Shown here: positions 58,340-64,000 of the stretch, one piece after another
Position numbering within the stretch: position 1 is the stretch's first letter
Layout of the letters: each line of letters opens with the position of its first letter
Assembly (NCBI GenBank): GCA_003697365.1
Contig: RFGP01000056.1
Location: forward strand, 463 to 64,462
Direction: 5' to 3'
Source of the DNA: Chloroflexota bacterium
GTDB taxonomy: Bacteria; Chloroflexota; Anaerolineae; Aggregatilineales; J027
DNA: 64,000 nt
Position numbers and translations under genes: made by a program
The notes under the pieces: model-generated
The model's database searches: none
What the model saw: only the letters and a program-made list of their open reading frames with translations
What the model was told of the DNA's origin: nothing

Positions 58340-58624
58340 TTATTCAGTGAGTTGTGCTTGTTCAAGTAATGGACGGAACTTATAGCCATAAACAATCATA
58401 CCAGCAGGTCCCTCCGTCCGTAGTTTGCGTGTGACCATTTCAACTGGCATTCCAATTTCGACAGGGCCATCAACGTCTGTCAACTGAGCCGTTACAATTG
58501 GGCCATCATCCATTTTGACAAGCGCCAGTATATAGGGCGCTTGTTCACGATAATCGGCAGGCGCATCTGCGACAATTGAGAAACTATATACAATGCCCTT
58601 ACCACTTAAAGGACGATTCGTCAC
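58340..58624 (-). CDS. DUF35-type OB-fold protein (acyl-CoA-associated OB fold), lacking the N-terminal ribbon
   Basis: 'LSGKGIVYSFSIV', 'PYILALVKMDDGPIVTAQL', 'IGMPVEMV' follow the DUF35 OB-fold pattern. GTG start with AAGGAG 7 nt upstream. Confidence 0.6.
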   Translation of the reverse strand: MTNRPLSGKGIVYSFSIVADAPADYREQAPYILALVKMDDGPIVTAQLTDVDGPVEIGMPVEMVTRKLRTEGPAGMIVYGYKFRPLLEQAQLTE

Positions 58625-58642
58625 CAGCTTAGCTCCTTAAAA

Positions 58643-58849
58643 TTACGCCACGCTTACAAAGGAGGACTCAGTTTTCTTGATATGTTGATTTTGTTGCGCT
58701 GTTTCTGTAGATACAGCAATTTCATAACGTTCATCTTGGCGCTGCTGGATTTTCGGACGTGGCGGAAAGTTGACCCGACCTTCATTATCCACAACAGCAT
58801 TCATCATATAACGTTGGTTGTTAAGCCGCCAGTGTTGTGCAACTCTCAT
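58643..58849 (-). CDS. small protein resembling a Cys-less DUF35 N-terminal ribbon
   Basis: 'HWRLNNQRYMMNAVVDNEGRVNFPPRPK' parallels the DUF35_N pattern 'W...QRY.L.G..C..CG...FPPR..CP.C', but every Cys is replaced. ATG 58849 after GAGGTG. Confidence 0.35.
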   Translation of the reverse strand: MRVAQHWRLNNQRYMMNAVVDNEGRVNFPPRPKIQQRQDERYEIAVSTETAQQNQHIKKTESSFVSVA

Positions 58850-58909
58850 TATTTTCACCTCACAACATAATTTGTTCCAAGTTGCACAAACTATATAACA
58901 AGTTCACTT

Positions 58910-58960
58910 TCAAAAGCTCCCAAATATGTAAATTGAGAGCTTTTGAGAGCTTTTGAGAGA
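58910..58960. repeat. 10-nt tandem repeat with an upstream inverted copy (alternative hairpins)
   Basis: tcaaaagctc (58910-58919) is complementary to either copy of gagcttttga (58937-58946, 58947-58956). The tandem unit is gagagctttt, 2.6 copies. Confidence 0.6.
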
Positions 58961-59010
58961 ATGTCATAAGCCTGCAATACTGCGTATTTAAGCCATCTAA
59001 GAGCTGTCTG

Positions 59011-61326
59011 CTACTGCACAGTAGGCTGGGGTGGACGGCGGAAATAGTAATTCATGACTTCGCGGACAACAGGCATAGCGCGCTGTGATCCTTCACCAGC
59101 ATTATAAAGAAATGCGAGCACAATAATCTCAGGATCATCTGCAGGAGCATAGCCAACATACCATGCATGAGAAGGCCAACGACCGGGAATACACAACCCT
59201 TGAGGGGCCGCAATGTCATCACAATATTCAGCAGTGCCTGTCTTTCCCCCTTCTCCACCGGGCAAGCTCAAAGGTGGATATTGCGGATTCACAGAAGCGC
59301 TGGCAGTACCACGTGTAACAACTTCTCGCATCCCTTGTTGTGAAATGGAGATACTTTCTAAACTCGCAACTGGCGGAACATATCCACGCCCAATAGTCTG
59401 AAAAACAAGCGGATCACATAAGCCTGCTGTCCAGCGATAATCAAACGGCACATTAACTACATAGCTCACGACTTCATCCACACCATCATCAGGATTTGGA
59501 TCATATGTAGCCGAATAATTGATCGGGTCACAACGATCTGGTGCATACCAATCAGAAGTCCGTTCACAACGACACGCAAGGCTGTTTTCCCCTTGTATTA
59601 AAGCGTCTTCTTGGATGTGTAAAACCATTGGGCTACCATCTGTCGGTGGGACTAAAGTACGAATAACTTGCGGCACAAACTCTGCATGTACTTTTCCGTT
59701 CGCATCCGTCACAACAACCATGTTATTTTCAGAGTCTTCAAATTGTCGAATCAAAGTAGGTTGCATCTGCACCCCATTATTCACAATGGTTGCTACATAA
59801 GAAATTTGTTGCAAAGGCGTTACTGTAATGTACCCTTGTCCAAAGGCTGCGTTATAGGTGTCTCCCAAAGACCAGCTTTCTCCATATAAGCGTCGTTTCC
59901 AATCTGGTTCAGGCATTTGGCCGGGAATTTCACCAAACACTTCTACCCCCAACCGAGAGCCAATCCCAAAAGCTGTAGCCCATCGATACAAATCAATAAT
60001 GCCAAGACCTCCGGGACGCAAGCGAGCAGGCGAGACTTCAGGGTTTCCTCCACCAACTTGATAGAAATAAACGTCGCAACTGTTTGCGATAGCATCGATC
60101 AAGTTTTGATTTCCATGACCATTCCGATTCCAACATACAAACGTTTGACTTGCAGCAGGGTCATTTGGCGCATACGCATTTGGCAAAACCAAACGTCCGG
60201 GATCAACAAGCGTGGTCGTTGGCTCTATGACCCCTTCATCAACAACAGCAACTGACGTGATCATCTTCCAAACAGAACCCGGAGGATATAAAGAGCTAAT
60301 AGCAGTATTCACTAATGGGCGCAATGGGTCATCTGCTACTTCAAGATAATATTCAGCATCAATTGCGCGCGCAAAGCGTGAGTTATCGTATGTTGGCCAA
60401 GATACCATAGCGAGGATTTCACCAGTACGTGGATTCATGACGATCACAACACCCGATTGGGTACGCAACCGCTGTTCTTCAGCATTAATTGCATTGATAC
60501 GATTTACCAGCGCTTCTTGAGCAAAACGTTGTAAATCAAGATCAATTGTTAAGCGAATATTGCTACCAGCAATCGGTGCTTGACGATCCACAATACGTTC
60601 ACGACGACCAGCAATATCAACTTGATAAGTGATGCTGCCATTTGTGCCCGCTAGCTCATTTTGAAAGAATTGTTCAATCCCCGCATAACCGATGCGGTCA
60701 AAAGCTGGATCAAGGCCTAGTTCACGCAATTCTTGGGCTTGGTCTGCGGGAATAGGGCCAAGGTATCCTACAATTTGAGCAGTCGTCATTCCTGAAGGAT
60801 AATTTCGTACAGCACGAACTTCAACATCTACGCCGGGTAATGATTGTTTGGTTTCCAAAATTTCCATCGCAATTTCTTTGTCGATGTCTACCGCAATCAC
60901 TACAGGGCGATATGGCGCTAGACCTTCACCTTCAGTAACGAGCTCATCAATACTGCGCTCATTCCGTCCAGAAGCAATAGCAACAGCGCGAGTAGCTGGC
61001 ACATCCACAAATGCTGATAGACGATTGTATATAGCAAGCACCTCTGCTCGATCATCAGGTAACAAGGCAGGAGTCACAGTAACCAAAAATGCGGGGTCAT
61101 TTAAGGCTAGAGGATTGCCGTATCGATCATAAATTTGCCCACGTGTTGCTTGAACAGGTACGGTTTGGAAACGATTTTCATCTGCATCTTGCCGAAATGA
61201 TACCCCTTGCACAAATTGGAGTTGCCATGTTCTTAGGATCAAAATCATAAATAAGCCAACGGCTATGGCACGGAAAAAAGTGACTCGCCATCCTTGAAAA
61301 GGCAATAGCGTTTTGGATGCTCGCAT
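59011..61326 (-). CDS. mrdA: penicillin-binding protein 2 (elongasome transpeptidase) with large insertion
   Basis: N-terminal TM helix. 'TRGQIYDRYGNPLA'. SxxK 'GSVWKM' (S351), SxN-type 'NSCDVYF' (S416), 'KTGTAE' (K695). Located downstream of mreC-mreD. Confidence 0.85.
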   Translation of the reverse strand: MRASKTLLPFQGWRVTFFRAIAVGLFMILILRTWQLQFVQGVSFRQDADENRFQTVPVQATRGQIYDRYGNPLALNDPAFLVTVTPALLPDDRAEVLAIYNRLSAFVDVPATRAVAIASGRNERSIDELVTEGEGLAPYRPVVIAVDIDKEIAMEILETKQSLPGVDVEVRAVRNYPSGMTTAQIVGYLGPIPADQAQELRELGLDPAFDRIGYAGIEQFFQNELAGTNGSITYQVDIAGRRERIVDRQAPIAGSNIRLTIDLDLQRFAQEALVNRINAINAEEQRLRTQSGVVIVMNPRTGEILAMVSWPTYDNSRFARAIDAEYYLEVADDPLRPLVNTAISSLYPPGSVWKMITSVAVVDEGVIEPTTTLVDPGRLVLPNAYAPNDPAASQTFVCWNRNGHGNQNLIDAIANSCDVYFYQVGGGNPEVSPARLRPGGLGIIDLYRWATAFGIGSRLGVEVFGEIPGQMPEPDWKRRLYGESWSLGDTYNAAFGQGYITVTPLQQISYVATIVNNGVQMQPTLIRQFEDSENNMVVVTDANGKVHAEFVPQVIRTLVPPTDGSPMVLHIQEDALIQGENSLACRCERTSDWYAPDRCDPINYSATYDPNPDDGVDEVVSYVVNVPFDYRWTAGLCDPLVFQTIGRGYVPPVASLESISISQQGMREVVTRGTASASVNPQYPPLSLPGGEGGKTGTAEYCDDIAAPQGLCIPGRWPSHAWYVGYAPADDPEIIVLAFLYNAGEGSQRAMPVVREVMNYYFRRPPQPTVQ

Positions 61327-61350
61327 AATAGCTTCCTCTCCAATACCAAT

Positions 61351-61860
61351 TTAGTCAATCAGGCTCGGTCGTGATGGACGTAAAAAGGCAAGAACTGCTC
61401 CTATTGTCCGAAACACAATGAGCACCAATAGCATATTTTCTATAGTGCTAGGTAAAATTACGTAGGTTAGCACTGCAAACTTCGGTACAGGCCACCCAAT
61501 AATGACTAAGATCGCAAAAATATAAAGCATATAAGCCACAGTAGCTGCACCAATAGTCAAAATAGGAATTAGTAAACTTCGCCAATTCAATTTTGGCAAA
61601 TAAAGATCAATTACAATAACCAAAATCACAAAAAATAATGATGATGAACCAGTCGGTATTTCTGATAATAAATCTCGGAAAACCCCTCCAAGAATTGCCC
61701 ACGGCAGAGCTTCGCGCAAATCCACTAGTAAAGCCCAAGACACTATCACCATCAACATTAAGTTTGGCCCACCACCCCACAACCATAGTAAAGTCATTAG
61801 CGTAGTATCAAAAACAGCTACCAAAATTAATAGAGGGATTCCCACATAATACGTTGACAT
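61351..61860 (-). CDS. mreD: rod shape-determining protein MreD
   Basis: 169-aa protein with about 5 TM helices, starting immediately after the mreC stop. Position and size are typical of MreD. Confidence 0.6.
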   Translation of the reverse strand: MSTYYVGIPLLILVAVFDTTLMTLLWLWGGGPNLMLMVIVSWALLVDLREALPWAILGGVFRDLLSEIPTGSSSLFFVILVIVIDLYLPKLNWRSLLIPILTIGAATVAYMLYIFAILVIIGWPVPKFAVLTYVILPSTIENMLLVLIVFRTIGAVLAFLRPSRPSLID

Positions 61861-62709
61861 TTACGGCTCGTCTTCATCAAAAACTGCGAGATCAACCGGT
61901 TCCCAATTTGTAATGATGAGCACAATCTCTAAACGATTAAAATCTACAAAGCTCACCATTGGAGCCTCTCGGAATAAGCGATCTTCACTAAGGGTGGGAT
62001 TTGTAATTTGCCCCACAATAATATCTGGCGGAAAACGTTGGGTTGCACCAGAAGTCAGCACTAAGTCATTAGGGATAATTTGCGCATCTGCGTCTACAAA
62101 ACTTAGCACTATATCGCCGCTCAAAGTTCCGCGAACAAGGCCCAAATCGCGCGTACTTTGTAGACGCACCTCAACGGCACTTGTTTGGTCAGTAATCAAC
62201 AAAACTTCACATCCTGTTGCTGAAACTTGGGTCACACGCCCTACAAGTCCTTGATCTGTGACAACAGGATCACCTATTTCTACACCGTCGCGCGTTCCTT
62301 TATTCAAATGAATGACGCGCACAGTTGGCGAGGAATCGCGTCCGATCACATCTGCTGCCACAAATTGCCAATCATCGCGCGTAAACGTGACATAATTTAC
62401 CAGTGCGGCTAAGCGTTCATAGTCATTACGAATCTCACGGGATTCTGCCACTTCGGCTTGAAATGCAGCTAGGGCTTCTTCTAATTCTTGATTACGTTGA
62501 CGTAACGAACGCACTTCTGCTAACTCAGCGCTTGTACTATTGATTGTGGTACTAATCTCGCCAAAGATATTTTGCAGAAAAGTCAGAGGTATTCGTGCTA
62601 CATTTTCAACAGGTGATAGTGTACCAATTAAGCTCAAAATAATAAGCGCAATAGATATAAAAATCGAAAAACTAATCGCAGTAGAACGTGGAGAACGATT
62701 CGTCAACAA
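61861..62709 (-). CDS. mreC: rod shape-determining protein MreC
   Basis: N-terminal TM helix, coiled coil ('LRQRNQELEEALAAFQAE'), beta-barrel blocks 'GDPVVTDQGLVGRVTQV' and 'LVLTSGATQRFPPDIIVGQI'. Confidence 0.85.
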   Translation of the reverse strand: MLTNRSPRSTAISFSIFISIALIILSLIGTLSPVENVARIPLTFLQNIFGEISTTINSTSAELAEVRSLRQRNQELEEALAAFQAEVAESREIRNDYERLAALVNYVTFTRDDWQFVAADVIGRDSSPTVRVIHLNKGTRDGVEIGDPVVTDQGLVGRVTQVSATGCEVLLITDQTSAVEVRLQSTRDLGLVRGTLSGDIVLSFVDADAQIIPNDLVLTSGATQRFPPDIIVGQITNPTLSEDRLFREAPMVSFVDFNRLEIVLIITNWEPVDLAVFDEDEP

Positions 62710-62789
62710 AGCCCCTTATTCCCCTTTCAACTTTCGTGACTGACTATTATAGCAAAATGCGTTCCGAATTAGAGGCTGAAATGTCCTCG

Positions 62790-63989
62790 TCAGCTAGACG
62801 TGGCAAGAGGGTCATCTTCTGTGTTCGGTAAAACATCGTACATTAAAGCTGCTATGCATCCCCAAAACAAAATCTGATAAGGCATCAATGCCCACCAGAA
62901 AAATTCAAACCAGCCTATCGCCAGCCATGCCACAATACCCACCAATATCCCCCAAGCTGAAAGCGGCATGTGTCGATAATTGCGTAGTAAAAAACCAATA
63001 ACAACAAGTGCTGTTATTGCGAATAAGCCACTACCTACTAAACCTATTTCAGCTACCGCTAAATAATACACACGATGAACATTATCTCCTCTAATTCGCA
63101 AATCAGGACGCTGTTGCAATAATCGTTGGCTAGCGTAAGGGAAGTTGCCAATACCAATGCCTGAAAAAGTATGTGCATTAATAATTTTTTGAGCTTGCTG
63201 AAGATAAATTTGTCTTGAAACAACGCTAATCGGTTCTATAGAACTTTGGCCCTCATCTCCTATGCCAACACGTACATTTACAAGCGGTTGATAAAATATA
63301 TAAAATAATCCCGCTAAAAACCCCAACAAAACCAAAAAAGCGCGCCACTCATGCCTATTAATTTGCTTTGTTGTCAATGAACTTATACCTAAAAGCATTG
63401 TGCCTAATACTAAGCCACCTATTGAAGCTCGACTAAAAGTTAAAAAAAGCCCCCATAGCATGATCACGTGCATGACAATGACCATTGCTCGGCTTTTGGA
63501 TGCATGTTGCCATAGCCAGAAACTGCTCAAAACACCTAATACAAGAACAGGAGCTAACAAGTTTGGATGTGGAGTTAAACCTTGCGCGCGCAAAAAGCGC
63601 ATACCATTGCTTTGTATGACATTTGCACCAGAAAGCTCTGGGTTTAGATCGAATTCATATATTCCTATACCAATCCTAAAAACTCTGTCATCAACAAGGT
63701 GGATGCCGACTTCATGTTGAAGCAATGTTTGCACAATACCTAAAAGAGCTTGAAAAACAGCCCCCCCTAATATAGCAAGGCTTACCATACGAGTTGATGG
63801 CCCTACACATGAAATCACAAGCACTAATAAAAACACCAAAAACCATTGGCTCGCTTGGTTTTGAGCCGCAAAACTATTTTCTACACTCCAACCAATTGAT
63901 AACACTATCCAGAATATCGCTAGCCCAAAACTTAACACCCAATACCAACGTCCACTTAACACGAGTTGCCGTAATCCGCGAAACCCCAT
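62790..63989 (-). CDS. O-antigen ligase-like (Wzy_C) polytopic membrane protein
   Basis: About 10 TM helices. 'LTFSRASIGGLVLG' resembles the Wzy_C loop motif. The frame is open to the window edge, so the start is uncertain. Confidence 0.5.
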   Translation of the reverse strand: MGFRGLRQLVLSGRWYWVLSFGLAIFWIVLSIGWSVENSFAAQNQASQWFLVFLLVLVISCVGPSTRMVSLAILGGAVFQALLGIVQTLLQHEVGIHLVDDRVFRIGIGIYEFDLNPELSGANVIQSNGMRFLRAQGLTPHPNLLAPVLVLGVLSSFWLWQHASKSRAMVIVMHVIMLWGLFLTFSRASIGGLVLGTMLLGISSLTTKQINRHEWRAFLVLLGFLAGLFYIFYQPLVNVRVGIGDEGQSSIEPISVVSRQIYLQQAQKIINAHTFSGIGIGNFPYASQRLLQQRPDLRIRGDNVHRVYYLAVAEIGLVGSGLFAITALVVIGFLLRNYRHMPLSAWGILVGIVAWLAIGWFEFFWWALMPYQILFWGCIAALMYDVLPNTEDDPLATSS

Positions 63990-64000
63990 CAAAACCCAAA

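Noticed and set aside
58625-58645. Frameshift or nonsense pseudogene explanation for the split DUF35
   Set aside because: The two ORFs are in the same frame but are separated by two stop codons. The downstream ORF has its own AAGGAG plus GTG start, so a genuine two-gene arrangement is at least as likely. A sequencing error cannot create both stops.
1-64000. Search for tRNA, rRNA, CRISPR arrays, integrases and transposases
   Set aside because: No intergenic region longer than 100 nt shows tRNA-like T-arm/acceptor features, rRNA-like sequence or spaced direct repeats. No recombinase or transposase ORF was found apart from the degenerate domain noted above.

Overview
AT-rich (roughly low-40s % GC by eye) and densely packed bacterial chromosomal window. 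I can support 57 CDS. I found no rRNA, tRNA, CRISPR array or intact mobile element. The gene content includes GT-C glycosyltransferases, multi-GAF histidine kinases, STK/FHA/PP2C signalling, FemAB, LysM, MreC-MreD-PBP2 and DinB. This suggests a filamentous Chloroflexota-type genome, but that is an impression, not a search result. The window is unusually rich in signalling genes: 5 histidine kinases, 7 receiver-domain proteins (most without a classical output domain), 1 Ser/Thr kinase, 1 pseudokinase, 2 FHA proteins and 1 PP2C. Housekeeping genes are interspersed (dus, mutS2, gdh, mreCD-mrdA, an FprA-like reductase, an ABC exporter, methyltransferases). The best candidates for undescribed biology are: (1) 54201-56168, one protein fusing a receiver domain, a long acidic linker, a Roadblock/LC7-like domain and a C-terminal IS200/IS605 TnpA-like domain that has lost its HUH motif, sitting just downstream of a GC-rich nested hairpin element. 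(2) 18619-27977, a locus holding an STK-FHA kinase, a stand-alone receiver and a beta-grasp-FHA-TIR protein. It overlaps, tail to tail, a five-gene translationally coupled operon that embeds an ADP-ribosylglycohydrolase and a PP2C phosphatase between two phosphohexomutases and a sugar nucleotidyltransferase. (3) 37018-38960, a FemAB peptidoglycan-bridge transferase translationally coupled to a kinase-fold protein lacking both catalytic Asp residues, at the 3' end of a seven-gene phosphorelay cluster. All functional calls rest on motif recognition by eye, and gene starts were refined from SD sequences and overlaps. None was verified by search.
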